Positions 8,530 to 21,370 of a stretch of DNA of 64,000 nucleotides are shown here, piece by piece (positions within the stretch are counted from its first letter, which is position 1; each line of letters begins with the position of its first letter). The position numbers were made by a program, and so were the translations under genes. Source of the stretch: Candidatus Omnitrophota bacterium (lineage in GTDB: Bacteria > Omnitrophota > Gorgyraeia > Zapsychrales > Fredricksoniimonadaceae); NCBI GenBank assembly GCA_021731625.1, contig JAKFXC010000060.1, positions 794-64,793 on the forward strand, written 5' to 3'. The notes under the pieces are model-generated. The model was given only the letters and a program-made list of their open reading frames with translations. It made no database searches and was not told the origin of the DNA.

Positions 8530-10989
8530 CTACTCTGCGTCTTCCTTGCCCACCACGTGCGCGATGGAAGTGACGGCGTCGGACTTCCCCAGCGCAATCA
8601 ATCGCACGCCCACGGCGCTGCGGCCGGTCTCGCGGATCTCCGACGGAGAAGAACGGACCACCATGCCCTGCTTGGTCACCGCCATGATTTCATCGTCGTC
8701 ATTGGTGGTGAGCACTCCCACCACAGCCCCGTTTTTTTCGGTCAACTTCACATTGATGATGCCCTTGCCGCCGCGCGAGGTGGTGCGGTAGTCGGCAAAA
8801 TCGGAACGCTTGGCATATCCCAACTCGCAGACGGTAAGAAGCTTGGCGCCGGTCTTGTCCACGTCGGGGGCAAACACCAGCATGCCCACCACATAGTCCT
8901 TTTTCTCCAAATTTATCCCCCGCACGCCCTTGGCGCCGCGGCCCATGTTGCGCAGCTGCTTCTCCTGGAACCGCAGGGCAATGCCCATATGCGTGGCCAA
9001 GAGCACGTCTTCCTTGCCGTTGCTTAACGCCACGCCGATGAGCTCATCGTCTTTTTCTAAGCCGATGCCGACGATGCCGCCCTTGCGCGGGTTGCCGTAG
9101 GCCGACAGCGCGGTCTTTTTGACCAATCCCTGCTTGGTGGCAAAAACCAAGAATTGATCGTCGCGGAATTCTTTCACCGCCACAATGGCGCTGATTTTCT
9201 CGTCGGGTTTAAAAGACAGCAAGTTGATGATGGCTTTGCCCTTGGCGGTGCGTGAGGCGACGGGGATCTCGTAGACCTTCAACCAGCGCACGCTTCCCAG
9301 ATTTGAAAAAATAAGCAAATAGTCTTTCGAGGAGGCCACAAACATGCGTTCCACAAAATCATCTTCCGACGTGGTCATGGCGTTGACCCCCTTGCCCCCG
9401 CGTTTTTGAGAGCGGTATCCGTCCACCGACAAGCGCTTGATGTATCCCTTATTGCTGATGGTGATAGCCATTTCCTCGTCGGCGATCAAATCCTCGATGG
9501 CGATGTCTTCGGCCTTGCCGGCAATCTCGGTGCGGCGCTCGTCCGCGTATTTTTTGCGCAGGGCCGCCAACTCTTCTTTGATGATGGCATCCACCCGCTT
9601 ATCAGACGCCAATATGGCGCGGTAATTGTCAATGTCCTTAAGCAACTGCTGGTACTCGGCCTCAATTTTGTCCCTCTCCAGGGCTGCCAAACGCTGCAAC
9701 TGCATTTCCAAAATGGCCTGGGCCTGGACTTCCGAAAGGTCGAATTTACGGATCAGCGCTTCCTTGGCGTCCGCGGTGGTTTTGGAAGCCCGGATGGTCT
9801 TGATGATTTCATCCAGATGTTTAAAGGCGGTCTTCAGGCCCTCCAGAATGTGAGCGCGGCGCAATGCTTTGTCCAAATCAAACTGGGTCCGTCGGCGGAT
9901 GACCACGCGGCGATGGCCAATGTAATGGCCCATCAATTGCTTGATATTTAAAACTTTGGGGCTTTTGTTGACTAAGGCCAGATTGATGATCCCAAAGGTC
10001 ACTTCCATCTGGGTGTGCTTAAACAAATAATTCAGCACAATATTGGGATCCACTTCCCGGCGAAGTTCAATGACCACCCGGATGCCGTCTTTGTCGCTCT
10101 CGTCGCGGATGTCGGTGATGCCGTCGACCTGTTTGTTCTGCACCAGCTCAGCAATGTGAGCAATGAGATTAGCCTTATTGACTTGATATGGGAGTTCGTT
10201 GATGATGATGAATTCCCGGTTGCCCTTTTGCTGCTCAACGGAAGCCTTGGCGCGGATGATGACTTTGCCGCGGCCATTGTTGTACGCGTCCACGATCCCC
10301 TCACGGCCGCAGATGATGCCGCCGGTCGGAAAATCCGGGCCTTTGACAAACTTCATCAAATCCTTGATGGCGGCCTCGGGGTTGTCCAGCAAATGCACGA
10401 CGCCGTCAATGACTTCGCCCAGATTGTGCGGGGGCATGTTGGTGGCCATGCCGACGGCAATCCCCGAGGAACCGTTGACCAATAAATTGGGAATCATGCC
10501 GGGCAAAATGTCCGGCTCATCCAGCGAGCCGTCGAAATTGGGGGAAAAATCCACCGTCCCTTTGTCAATGTCGTTCATCATCTCTTCGGCCACCGAAGCC
10601 ATGCGTGCCTCGGTGTAACGCATGGCCGCTGCCGCATCGCCGTCAATGGAACCGAAATTCCCCTGCCCGTCGATCAAAGGATAGCGCAAAGAAAATTCCT
10701 GCACCATGCGCACCATGGTGTCATACACCGCGGTGTCGCCGTGGGGATGGTATTTGCCCAGCACCTCGCCCACGATGCGGGCGCTCTTTTTATAAGGCTT
10801 GTTGTGCTCGAGATTGAGTTCCTTCATCGCAAACAAAATGCGGCGGTGCACCGGTTTTAACCCGTCGCGCACATCGGGCAAAGCCCGGCCGACAATGACC
10901 GACATCGAATAGGACAGATAGGAATTCTTCATCTCCTCTTCGATGTACACCGGAACGATTTTCTCTTTTTTATTCAAATCACGCGACAT
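8530..10989 (-). CDS. gyrA: DNA gyrase subunit A
   Basis: [29 protein letters not shown], GyrA-box QKRGGKG. Confidence 0.98.
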   Translation of the reverse strand: MSRDLNKKEKIVPVYIEEEMKNSYLSYSMSVIVGRALPDVRDGLKPVHRRILFAMKELNLEHNKPYKKSARIVGEVLGKYHPHGDTAVYDTMVRMVQEFSLRYPLIDGQGNFGSIDGDAAAAMRYTEARMASVAEEMMNDIDKGTVDFSPNFDGSLDEPDILPGMIPNLLVNGSSGIAVGMATNMPPHNLGEVIDGVVHLLDNPEAAIKDLMKFVKGPDFPTGGIICGREGIVDAYNNGRGKVIIRAKASVEQQKGNREFIIINELPYQVNKANLIAHIAELVQNKQVDGITDIRDESDKDGIRVVIELRREVDPNIVLNYLFKHTQMEVTFGIINLALVNKSPKVLNIKQLMGHYIGHRRVVIRRRTQFDLDKALRRAHILEGLKTAFKHLDEIIKTIRASKTTADAKEALIRKFDLSEVQAQAILEMQLQRLAALERDKIEAEYQQLLKDIDNYRAILASDKRVDAIIKEELAALRKKYADERRTEIAGKAEDIAIEDLIADEEMAITISNKGYIKRLSVDGYRSQKRGGKGVNAMTTSEDDFVERMFVASSKDYLLIFSNLGSVRWLKVYEIPVASRTAKGKAIINLLSFKPDEKISAIVAVKEFRDDQFLVFATKQGLVKKTALSAYGNPRKGGIVGIGLEKDDELIGVALSNGKEDVLLATHMGIALRFQEKQLRNMGRGAKGVRGINLEKKDYVVGMLVFAPDVDKTGAKLLTVCELGYAKRSDFADYRTTSRGGKGIINVKLTEKNGAVVGVLTTNDDDEIMAVTKQGMVVRSSPSEIRETGRSAVGVRLIALGKSDAVTSIAHVVGKEDAE

Positions 10990-11009
10990 CGCTTACCTTT
11001 CTTTAAAAG

Positions 11010-11080
11010 GGGGACACATACCGTAACCTTAATTCTACGGTAGGTTCTAAGTGGGAATTAAGGTCACGGTATGTGTCCCC
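11010..11080. repeat. REPIN/MITE-like inverted-repeat element (GGGACACATACCGTAACC arms)
   Basis: ~26-bp arms around a spacer; second copy at 32488-32556. Confidence 0.8.
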
Positions 11081-11088
11081 TAAATGTC

Positions 11089-13536
<2,448 letters not shown>

Positions 13537-13557
13537 TTAAAAAATGCCGCTCAAGTA

Positions 13558-13830
13558 TTACACTTTCCCGACTTTAAACCGCAACGCTTTAATTTTCGGA
13601 TTTTTTTGGCTGAGTTCTGCCAAATAGTTTGCCTTCTGGGCATTCATGCGCACCAACCTCGCCGAGCAATCCACGTGCACGGTCAAACACCCGTCCTTAA
13701 ATTCCGCTGCCGCGGCGCCTTCGGTCTTGCCGTACAAACGTTCCCACATCTGCGCCAGACCTGTGGGGTTTAAATTCCCCTGGGCCAAAGGCGCAATCAC
13801 CCTTGGAATGATATCCCCAATGGCATCCAT
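13558..13830 (-). CDS. dciA: DUF721/DciA family protein
   Basis: Position between dnaN and gyrB; W..L.G..LTVHV pattern; ATG overlaps the dnaN TGA. Confidence 0.72.
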   Translation of the reverse strand: MDAIGDIIPRVIAPLAQGNLNPTGLAQMWERLYGKTEGAAAAEFKDGCLTVHVDCSARLVRMNAQKANYLAELSQKNPKIKALRFKVGKV

Positions 13831-14921
13831 CACAGCCTCATCGGCAACGCCAAATACAAATATTCCCGCAAACGCAGCACGCAAGGCTTGTCCGGGCCCA
13901 GAAATTCCAGCTCCAGGCGCTCGTCAGAAATGTTCTTGAGCACGTCGATAAAAAACTGCGGGTTAAACCCCACCATCATTTCCTGCTGGCCGTACTCAAT
14001 GTCAATTTCTTCCCTGGACTCCCCCACGTCCGGCGTAGTCTTGGAAATCACCAGCTTGTCCTTAAACACCTCGAATTTGATAGCCTGGAAATCGGGGGTG
14101 GACAACAAATTTGCCCGGCGGATGGCAGCCAGCAAATCCGCCGTCTTCACTTTGACTTTATGTGGAATCTCTTTGGGAATGACCTGTTTGTAATTAGGAA
14201 ACTCCCCTTCAATGATGCGGGTGGCAATCAAAATCCCGTCGATGTTAAATAAGACCTGGTTGGGCCCCCCGATGATCACGCAATCTCCCGACTCTTTTAA
14301 ATTGCGGCTTATTTCCGCCACCGCCTTAATGGGAATAATAATAGAAAAATCTTTAGCGCTGGCTTGCAATAATTTTTTCTCAATCTTAGCCAATCGCCGG
14401 CCGTCGGTCGCCACCATCCGCGCCGTGTCTCCGGAAATTTCCAATAACAACCCGTTTAACACATACCGTGATTCCTCATACGAAACCGCGAAAGACGTTA
14501 ACCGGAGCATTTCTTTTAAATCGGTTTGTTTAATCAACACCGCGTCTTTGTCTTTAAATTCTGGAAACTTAGGAAATTCCTCTTTTGGAAGGCCGTTAAG
14601 CTTAAACCGGCAGTTGGTGCCCTCTATTTCAATTTGATTGTTCTTGCGGGCGTAGATGATCACTTCCCCGGCTGGAAGCTCTCTAATAATATCGCTAAAC
14701 TTCTTAGCTGGAATAGTTATCGCCCCTTGTTCAAAAGTATGCACAGGCAATTCACAGGATATACCAATGTCTAAATCCGTTGTGTTCATTTTCAAACCAT
14801 CGCTTTTGGCCTCCACTAACATGTTTGACAGTATAGGAAGTGTGGCCCTGGAAGAGACAATATTACCTACGACCTGGATCCCGCTTAAAAGTTCTTCTTT
14901 CCCAATTTTGATTTTCATCAA
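13830..14921 (-). CDS. dnaN: DNA polymerase III beta clamp
   Basis: ATLPILSN, VATDGRRL, IEGEFPNY, YLALPMR. Confidence 0.97.
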   Translation of the reverse strand: MMKIKIGKEELLSGIQVVGNIVSSRATLPILSNMLVEAKSDGLKMNTTDLDIGISCELPVHTFEQGAITIPAKKFSDIIRELPAGEVIIYARKNNQIEIEGTNCRFKLNGLPKEEFPKFPEFKDKDAVLIKQTDLKEMLRLTSFAVSYEESRYVLNGLLLEISGDTARMVATDGRRLAKIEKKLLQASAKDFSIIIPIKAVAEISRNLKESGDCVIIGGPNQVLFNIDGILIATRIIEGEFPNYKQVIPKEIPHKVKVKTADLLAAIRRANLLSTPDFQAIKFEVFKDKLVISKTTPDVGESREEIDIEYGQQEMMVGFNPQFFIDVLKNISDERLELEFLGPDKPCVLRLREYLYLALPMRL

Positions 14922-15094
14922 GGCATCCTTCTTATTGCTGTTGGAAATTTTCGCTCCATATAGCCGTCATATTAGTAAGGGTTGTGGATAAATTGAATGA
15001 AACACAAAACCCATTATTTATCAGTATCTTACAATTATTCACAGCTGTGGATAACACTTGAATAAACGGGTAAGTTATACACAATATTCCAACC
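14922..15094. other. Probable oriC between dnaA and dnaN
   Basis: DnaA boxes TGTGGATAA 14983-14991 and 15046-15054, TTATTCACA 15035-15043, TTATACACA 15075-15083; AT-rich; gene orientation flips nearby. Confidence 0.85.
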
Positions 15095-16429
15095 CTATTC
15101 TAATAGAACAAAATTCAAATGCTCAACGATTTTTTGTATTTCTTTGTTGCTGTTCAATTCGTTTTCAATTTTGCGGCAGGCATGCAAGATGGTGGTGTGG
15201 TCCTTGCCGCCAAAAGCCGCGCCGATTTCAGGCAATGAATGGGATGTCAGCTTGCGGGCCAGGTACATGGCTGCTTGTCTGGGCAAAATGATATTTTTGT
15301 GCCGTTTCTTGGTTTTTAAGTCTGCCACCGCGATTTTAAAATAGGCGGCCACCTCTTTTTGCACCATTTCCACACTAATGGTTTTGACGGTTTCCCTCAC
15401 CATGTCTTTGAGCACATTCTTGGCCACCTGCAAGTTGACGGGTTTGCCTTCCAGCAAAGCATAGGCCACCACGCGGATGAGTGCCCCCTCGAGCTCGCGG
15501 ATGTTGGACTTGATTTCAGCGGCGATGAAAGTCACCACATCGTCGGCAACCACCACGGACTCCAGCTCCAGCTTTTTCCTTAAGATGGCCACGCGGGTTT
15601 CATAGTCCGGCGGCTGAATGTCGGTAATCAAGCCCCAGGCAAAGCGCGACACCAGGCGCTCCTCCAGGTTAGCGATTTCTTTCGGCGGCCGGTCGGAACA
15701 GATGATGATTTGCTTGCAGTGGTCGTGCAGGCTGTTAAAGGTGTGAAAAAATTCTTCCTGGGTGGATTCTTTGCCGGCGATGAAATGGATGTCGTCGATG
15801 AGCAGCACATCGATGGTGCGGTATTTTTGCCGAAACGCCTCGGTGGCGCGGTGCCGAATGGCATTGATGAGCTCGTTGGTGAATTTTTCCGATGATAAAT
15901 AACACACCTTGAGCGACGGATGCCGGCTGCTGATTTCGTGGGTAATGGCCTGCATGAGGTGAGTCTTGCCCAACCCCACCGGACCATAAATAAAGAAAGG
16001 ATTATAGGTTTTGGCCGGAAAATCCGCCACGGCGTGGGCGGCCGCAAAGGCAAAACGGTTTGACGGGCCCACCACAAAATTTTCAAAGACGAAGCGGCTG
16101 TTGAGGCCTAAATTTTTATTGCCGCTGTCAAAATGCTGCTCCAGCCGGTTTAATTTTTCCTGCACCGGTTTATTGAGCAGCCCGGTGTTGACTTCAAACT
16201 GCAGGGCCAGGTCCTCCCCGGACTGGGTTCTTAAACAGCGCGCGATCATAGTGGCGTAGTGCTCCACGATCCAGTTTTTAAAAAATTCATCCGGCGCTTG
16301 CACGGTGATGGTCTTGCCTTCCCCGTGGTCGACCGCGTTTAAGTTGGTAAACCAGGTGTCATAAGACGTGTCTCCGATGGCGGCGCGGATGGGTTGTTGG
16401 ACTTTTTGCCAGACTTCGAGGAGATTCAT
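15095..16429 (-). CDS. dnaA: Chromosomal replication initiator DnaA
   Basis: YNPFFIYGPVGLGKTHL, LLIDDIHF, QEEFFHTFN, GGKDHTT; start placed at MNLLEVW; upstream DnaA box TTATCCACA 16453-16461. Confidence 0.97.
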   Translation of the reverse strand: MNLLEVWQKVQQPIRAAIGDTSYDTWFTNLNAVDHGEGKTITVQAPDEFFKNWIVEHYATMIARCLRTQSGEDLALQFEVNTGLLNKPVQEKLNRLEQHFDSGNKNLGLNSRFVFENFVVGPSNRFAFAAAHAVADFPAKTYNPFFIYGPVGLGKTHLMQAITHEISSRHPSLKVCYLSSEKFTNELINAIRHRATEAFRQKYRTIDVLLIDDIHFIAGKESTQEEFFHTFNSLHDHCKQIIICSDRPPKEIANLEERLVSRFAWGLITDIQPPDYETRVAILRKKLELESVVVADDVVTFIAAEIKSNIRELEGALIRVVAYALLEGKPVNLQVAKNVLKDMVRETVKTISVEMVQKEVAAYFKIAVADLKTKKRHKNIILPRQAAMYLARKLTSHSLPEIGAAFGGKDHTTILHACRKIENELNSNKEIQKIVEHLNFVLLE

Positions 16430-16524
16430 ACTTAAGGTAAGGCGTTCACAAGTTATCCACAGCTGTGGACATCGTCGGAGCAGCCGGGACTCCCTCTCGG
16501 GGCCATCTTCTCTCCAACGTTTCA

Positions 16525-16764
16525 TGTCCCTCGACCCTTCGGGCCAATCCTGCTTCGCAGTATTGGGGATTACCCCACTCATAAAAAACGCTCGGGGGTT
16601 ACCTCTCGGGACGAACGGCTTGTCCCTCGACCCTTCGGGCCAATCCTGCTTCGCAGTATTGGGGATTACCCCACTCATAAAAAACGCTCGGGGGTTACCT
16701 CTCGGGACGAACGGCTTGTCCCTCGACCCTTCGGGCCAATCCTGCTTCGCAGTATTGGGGATTA
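16525..16764. repeat. 96-bp tandem repeat, 2.5 copies, with internal hairpins
   Basis: Units start at 16525, 16621, 16717; contain CCCTTCGGG and CCAATCCTGCTTCGCAGTATTGG hairpins. Confidence 0.92.
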
Positions 16765-16861
16765 TAACAAACAAAATTGACAATGCAACGGATTTTTCGT
16801 ATCGCTCGATATTCCCGACGGCTTCAGCTGTGATTTTGCAGTCTGGACAATTGTAAAAAAC

Positions 16862-16889
16862 TTGACTTGGGGATGCCCTGTGTTATAAT
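16862..16889 (+). promoter_or_regulatory. sigma70 promoter of the rpmH operon
   Basis: TTGACT-N16-TATAAT with extended -10 TG. Confidence 0.7.
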
Positions 16890-16898
16890 CGACAAATT

Positions 16899-17039
16899 AT
16901 GAAAAAGCATTTAAAGACCCCTACCAAAATTGTGGGCAAGAGGAAACACGGTTTTCGCAGGCGCATGGCAACATCCGACGGCAGAGAGGTGCTTAGACGC
17001 CGCCGGGCCAAGGGCCGCCATAACATTATCCCGTTATAA
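16899..17039 (+). CDS. rpmH: 50S ribosomal protein L34
   Basis: Manual translation [46 protein letters not shown]. Confidence 0.95.
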   Translation: MKKHLKTPTKIVGKRKHGFRRRMATSDGREVLRRRRAKGRHNIIPL

Positions 17040-17054
17040 AATCCCCGGCTTTCC

Positions 17055-17264
17055 ATGATCAGTCAGGTCACTATCGGCTTTATCAGGCTGTACCGGCGTA
17101 TATGCTTTTTCACCGCCGGACACTGTCGATTTTCCCCTTCCTGCTCGGACTATGCCATTGATGCCATTAACAAGCACGGCACCCTGAAAGGAATGACCTT
17201 AGCTCTTTGGCGGCTGTTACGATGTTCTCCCCTATCTCACGGCGGCCATGATCCGGTAAAATAA
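17055..17264 (+). CDS. yidD: Membrane protein insertion efficiency factor
   Basis: [22 protein letters not shown]. Confidence 0.95.
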   Translation: MISQVTIGFIRLYRRICFFTAGHCRFSPSCSDYAIDAINKHGTLKGMTLALWRLLRCSPLSHGGHDPVK

Positions 17265-18841
17265 TGATGGAACGAAAAACAATCCTGGCCATTTTTGCCT
17301 CCCTAGCGGTTTTATTCCTCTATCAGAGCATTTTTGTTCCGCCTAAACGGCCGCAAACAGCTGTTAATTCAGAAGTTATTGAAAGTAAACAAGTTAAGAA
17401 AATAACTGATGTTATCCTGCAACAGACCTCAAAAAAGCCAATACACTCCACTGATCCAGAAATAGTGGCCGAAAACTACGATATAAAAACCCCATCACTG
17501 AATATGCAAGTTTCAAATGTGGGCGGGTCTCTCCACAATGTCGGAGTCGGCCATCACCCTGTTTTTCCTTTGGATGACATTCTGGTTATTCCGGGGTTCG
17601 AGTCTGTTGAGTTCAAACCAAGGGTTGACGGCAAGAGCTATGCGTATGAGAATGACAATTGGCGGATCGTGAAAACTGTCGAATCTATTGATGAGAATGC
17701 GTTTAAGGTAAAAATCGAATTTTTTCCATCCCGCATGATGTCCAGACTGGAAAATCTCGAGTTCGTACTATTTGGTATTAATTCTAATATGATTGATCCA
17801 AGTAATAAGAGGGAGACCATGCTGGACGAGTATTCTGTCAATAGCAATGATAAGATTGTTCGCAAGGGGAACGCGTTTAAATTTGAGCAGAAAGAGGCAA
17901 AGAGCCAAGATGGCACGGTGAAGTGGGCTGGATTTAGAGATCACTATAATGCTTTTGTGGTTAGGCCCGAATTCCAGACTAAAGGCCATGCGATTAAAGT
18001 AGTTTCGGATAAGGAGCTTCAGGTCTCGGTTGTTCCTCAGGAACATCGGGTGGCGCAAGGGGAGCCGCAGTCGTTCGAATTTACAGTGTATGCAGGTCCT
18101 CAGAGCGTTTCCCTCATGAAGACCTACGAGAAGGAATTTGAGAAGATTGTGGCTTTTAGCGGATTTTGGCTCATTAACGGCATAGCCATGGCCATATATT
18201 ATACTATACCGTTTTTACATAACATATTTAAAAGCTGGGGGTTATGTATTATATTGATAGCGCTATTGGTTTATGCGTTAAGCTATCCGCTGACGATTAA
18301 AAGCATGGCATCCATGCGGAAAATGCAGCTCATTTCACCTAAGATTAAGGCAATTCAGGACCGCAACAAGGGTGACCCAAAAAAGGCCCAGGCTGAGATC
18401 TTAGAGGTTTATCGTCGGGAAAAGATTAATCCCATGGGAGGGTGTCTGCCGCTTATTTTACAGATGCCCTTATTTATGGCATTGTATCAGGTGATCTGGC
18501 GGGCGCATTATTTTAATGGCGAGGGGTTCTTGTGGGTCCGGGATTTGACCTTGCCGGATCGATTATTTATTCTACCTTTTTCATTGCCTTTTCTGGGGAA
18601 TGAATTTAATATATTACCTATACTCATGGCCATTGTCATGGCCGCACAACAGTTTTTATCCGCGAAGAGCATGGTCATTACCGACGAGCAGCAGGCCTTG
18701 CAACAGAAGATGATGATGTACATATTTCCGGGATTTATAGGGTTTATTTTTTATAAATTTGCTGCCGGGCTATCGTTGTATTTTACAGTGTTTTATTTGT
18801 TGTCAACCCTTACCCAGTGGAAAATGATGAAGGTGAAATGA
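17264..18841 (+). CDS. yidC: Membrane protein insertase YidC
   Basis: INPMGGCLPLILQMP, FLWVRDL..PD, GLSLY. Confidence 0.95.
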   Translation: MMERKTILAIFASLAVLFLYQSIFVPPKRPQTAVNSEVIESKQVKKITDVILQQTSKKPIHSTDPEIVAENYDIKTPSLNMQVSNVGGSLHNVGVGHHPVFPLDDILVIPGFESVEFKPRVDGKSYAYENDNWRIVKTVESIDENAFKVKIEFFPSRMMSRLENLEFVLFGINSNMIDPSNKRETMLDEYSVNSNDKIVRKGNAFKFEQKEAKSQDGTVKWAGFRDHYNAFVVRPEFQTKGHAIKVVSDKELQVSVVPQEHRVAQGEPQSFEFTVYAGPQSVSLMKTYEKEFEKIVAFSGFWLINGIAMAIYYTIPFLHNIFKSWGLCIILIALLVYALSYPLTIKSMASMRKMQLISPKIKAIQDRNKGDPKKAQAEILEVYRREKINPMGGCLPLILQMPLFMALYQVIWRAHYFNGEGFLWVRDLTLPDRLFILPFSLPFLGNEFNILPILMAIVMAAQQFLSAKSMVITDEQQALQQKMMMYIFPGFIGFIFYKFAAGLSLYFTVFYLLSTLTQWKMMKVK

Positions 18842-19029
18842 TGTTTCTAGAAGGGGGATTTAAGGAATTTGAGGGCGGTACTGTGGAAGAGGCCATTGGC
18901 AAGGCAGAGAAAATATTTGGCGTTGGACGTGAAACGTTGGATATTAAAGTAGTCTGTGAGGAGAAGCGGGGCCTTTTTGGCATGAGGGGTGCAAAATTAG
19001 CGAAAATCAAAGCTACGATCAAGAAGTAA
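18838..19029 (+). CDS. Jag N-terminal domain-only protein
   Basis: EFEGGTVEEAI..A..DIKVV.E.KRGLFG..AKIK; no KH or R3H domain. Confidence 0.8.
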   Translation: MMFLEGGFKEFEGGTVEEAIGKAEKIFGVGRETLDIKVVCEEKRGLFGMRGAKLAKIKATIKK

Positions 19030-19039
19030 GCCAAACCCC

Positions 19040-19055
19040 TGTTCCACATGAAACA
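19040..19055. promoter_or_regulatory. parS site
   Basis: TGTTCCACATGAAACA versus consensus TGTTTCACGTGAAACA, just upstream of parA. Confidence 0.8.
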
Positions 19056-19073
19056 ATCGGGAAAGGCCCGAAC

Positions 19074-19835
19074 ATGTCTAAGATCATAGCTGTGTGCAAC
19101 CAGAAGGGGGGCACCGGCAAAACGACAACTTCGGTTAATTTAGCCGCATCTATAGCCGCATTAGGAAAAAAGGTTCTCTTGGTGGATATGGATCCCCAAG
19201 GGAATGCTACAAGTGGAGTGGGGGTCAACAAGAGCGACATTAAGACCTCCATATATGATGTCCTGGTCCACAAATTTCAAATCGCCGACATTATTCATAA
19301 AACTGATTATCCGAACTTAGATATTGTTCCTTGCAACATTCATCTTACGGGCGCGGAAATTGAATTGGTGGGGGCTATCTCCCGCGAAACCCGATTGAAG
19401 AAATCCCTGGACCAGATTAAGAGTAACTATGATTTTATCTTCATTGATTCCCCGCCATCGCTGGGGCTGTTGACTTTAAATACCCTAGTTGCTGCGGACT
19501 CTCTTTTAATTCCTATACAATGTGAATTTTACGCCTTGGAAGGAGTATCGCAACTACTTAATACCATTGGACTTATAAAAGATGGCATGAACTCTAATTT
19601 GGAAATTCAAGGCGTGTTGATGACCATGGCTGACTACCGCACCAATTTGACCAATGAGGTCATCAATGAAATTAAAACCTATTTCAAAGAGAAGGTGTAC
19701 AGGACCGTCATTCCTCGCAACGTGCGCCTGAGCGAAGCGCCTAGCTACGGAAAGCCCATTACCTACTATGATCCCCAATCCGCCGGCTCTCTCAAATATC
19801 AGGAATTGGCAGAAGAATTCTTAAGGAGATTTTAG
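19074..19835 (+). CDS. parA: Chromosome partition ATPase ParA/Soj
   Basis: NQKGGTGKTT, DMDPQGNAT, DSPPSLG, IPRNVRLSEAPS. Confidence 0.97.
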   Translation: MSKIIAVCNQKGGTGKTTTSVNLAASIAALGKKVLLVDMDPQGNATSGVGVNKSDIKTSIYDVLVHKFQIADIIHKTDYPNLDIVPCNIHLTGAEIELVGAISRETRLKKSLDQIKSNYDFIFIDSPPSLGLLTLNTLVAADSLLIPIQCEFYALEGVSQLLNTIGLIKDGMNSNLEIQGVLMTMADYRTNLTNEVINEIKTYFKEKVYRTVIPRNVRLSEAPSYGKPITYYDPQSAGSLKYQELAEEFLRRF

Positions 19836-20684
19836 ATGGAAAATAAAGTATTGGGAAAAGGCCTGTCGGCCCTAATTTCTCAGAAACTAGATGAAAATAA
19901 TAAAGATAGGGCTGTTTCCAGTCTGGAAACAAGCATTATAAAAAACAACCGACAACAACCACGCCAGAATTATAATGATTCCAGTCTGGAAAGCTTGAAA
20001 GCCTCCATAGCTGAAAAGGGGATCCTTCAGCCGATTCTAGTCCGGGCGGCCGGAAATGGTTACGAGGTTATTGCTGGAGAACGGCGGTTGCGGGCAGCCC
20101 GAGCCTTGGGATTACCTCGGGTGCCCGTCATTATCAAAAATGTAACGGACCAGGAATCCTTTGTCCTAGCATTGATCGAGAATATTCAGAGGGAGGATCT
20201 CAACGCCGTAGATAAGGCGTTAGGGTACAAACGTCTGATTGAAGAGTTTAAGTTGACCCAGGAATCCGTGGCTCAGTCAGTGGGCAAAGACCGCACGTCG
20301 ATTACGAACGGGCTGCGGCTGCTCAAATTACCTCAAGAAATTCAGCAGTATATCATTGAAGAGAGAATTTCTGAAGGCCATGCCCGGGCGCTGTTAGGGC
20401 TAGACAGTGCCAAAGACCAAAAAGCAATGGCGGATATGGCCATTGCCAAGAATTTGTCCGTGCGCCAAGTCGAGGCTTACGTGCGCAAGGATACGCAAAC
20501 TCTGGCAAACAAAATTAAGAAAGTAAACTCCAAAAGCCGGGACATTCAAATTCTGGAAGAGGAGCTCAGCCAGAGGCTGGGGACACGGGTGTTTGTGGAG
20601 CACCGAAATAACAAAGGCAAAGTGGTCATTGAATACTATTCGTTGGATGACTTGGATCGCATCTTGGGGATCATTCGCACATGA
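19836..20684 (+). CDS. parB: ParB/Spo0J
   Basis: LGKGLSALI, GILQPI, IAGERRLRA, ENIQREDL. Confidence 0.97.
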   Translation: MENKVLGKGLSALISQKLDENNKDRAVSSLETSIIKNNRQQPRQNYNDSSLESLKASIAEKGILQPILVRAAGNGYEVIAGERRLRAARALGLPRVPVIIKNVTDQESFVLALIENIQREDLNAVDKALGYKRLIEEFKLTQESVAQSVGKDRTSITNGLRLLKLPQEIQQYIIEERISEGHARALLGLDSAKDQKAMADMAIAKNLSVRQVEAYVRKDTQTLANKIKKVNSKSRDIQILEEELSQRLGTRVFVEHRNNKGKVVIEYYSLDDLDRILGIIRT

Positions 20685-21130
20685 GGGAATCGGCGCTCGT
20701 TCTTATTAAGCCTGATGGGATGCGCAAAGGTTTGGCCGGGGAGGTTTTAAGCCAATTCCTCGTCGGAGATGTGCATTTGGTGGGGCTTAAGCTGGTGGCG
20801 GTATCGCATAAAAAAGCCCAGGCGCACTACGGCCATTTGCGGGACAAGTTCTTTTATAAAGAGATCGTGTCTTATTTAGCGGGGGACCTGCATGACGGCC
20901 AGCCGGTGGTGGCCATGGTGTTTGCTGGAGACCATGCGGTCAAAAAATGCCGCGCTATTGCCGGTGCCACCAACCCCGAAGAAGCGCACCCTAAATCCGT
21001 GCGCGGGAAATTCGGCCGCATCACCACCAAAGGGGTCTATGAAAATTTGGTGCACGTCTCGTCGGACCGCATGGAAGCTGAACGGGAAATTAGATTGTGG
21101 TTTAAAAAAACCGAGTTGCTTAAGCATTAA
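20681..21130 (+). CDS. ndk: Nucleoside diphosphate kinase
   Basis: LIKPDG, GATNP, NLVHVS. Confidence 0.93.
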   Translation: MRESALVLIKPDGMRKGLAGEVLSQFLVGDVHLVGLKLVAVSHKKAQAHYGHLRDKFFYKEIVSYLAGDLHDGQPVVAMVFAGDHAVKKCRAIAGATNPEEAHPKSVRGKFGRITTKGVYENLVHVSSDRMEAEREIRLWFKKTELLKH

Positions 21131-21299
21131 GTAAAGGAGCAGTTATTATGTTCGGCAGGGGACATTTCCGCCGTTTGCTTCGGTTTACGTCTCGAAAATT
21201 TTATAGGTGAATTTATTATATTAATTTTCTCGACGTAAAACCTCGCAAACATTTGGCGGAAACGCCAACCTTGTGCCTCAGATCATAACTGTTCCTTAC
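21131..21299. repeat. ~170-bp imperfect long inverted repeat after ndk
   Basis: Nested arm pairs AGGAGCAGTTAT/ATAACTGTTCCT, TTTCCGCC/GGCGGAAA, TTTACGTC/GACGTAAA. Confidence 0.7.
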
Positions 21300-21370
21300 A
21301 CAAGGATTGAGGTTTACCCAAGCTTTTTGTTTAATCCCCTCATAGGGCGCCATTAGATAGGATAAAATTT

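Noticed and set aside
16430-16783. 118-aa N-terminal extension of DnaA in the ORF track
   Set aside because: It is the translated tandem repeat and overlaps a DnaA box; DnaA similarity starts at MNLLEVW. Kept only as a testable possibility.
21131-21299. 6S RNA at this hairpin or at 30020-30184
   Set aside because: The 6S-type motifs, promoter and gene context fit 32291-32442 much better.
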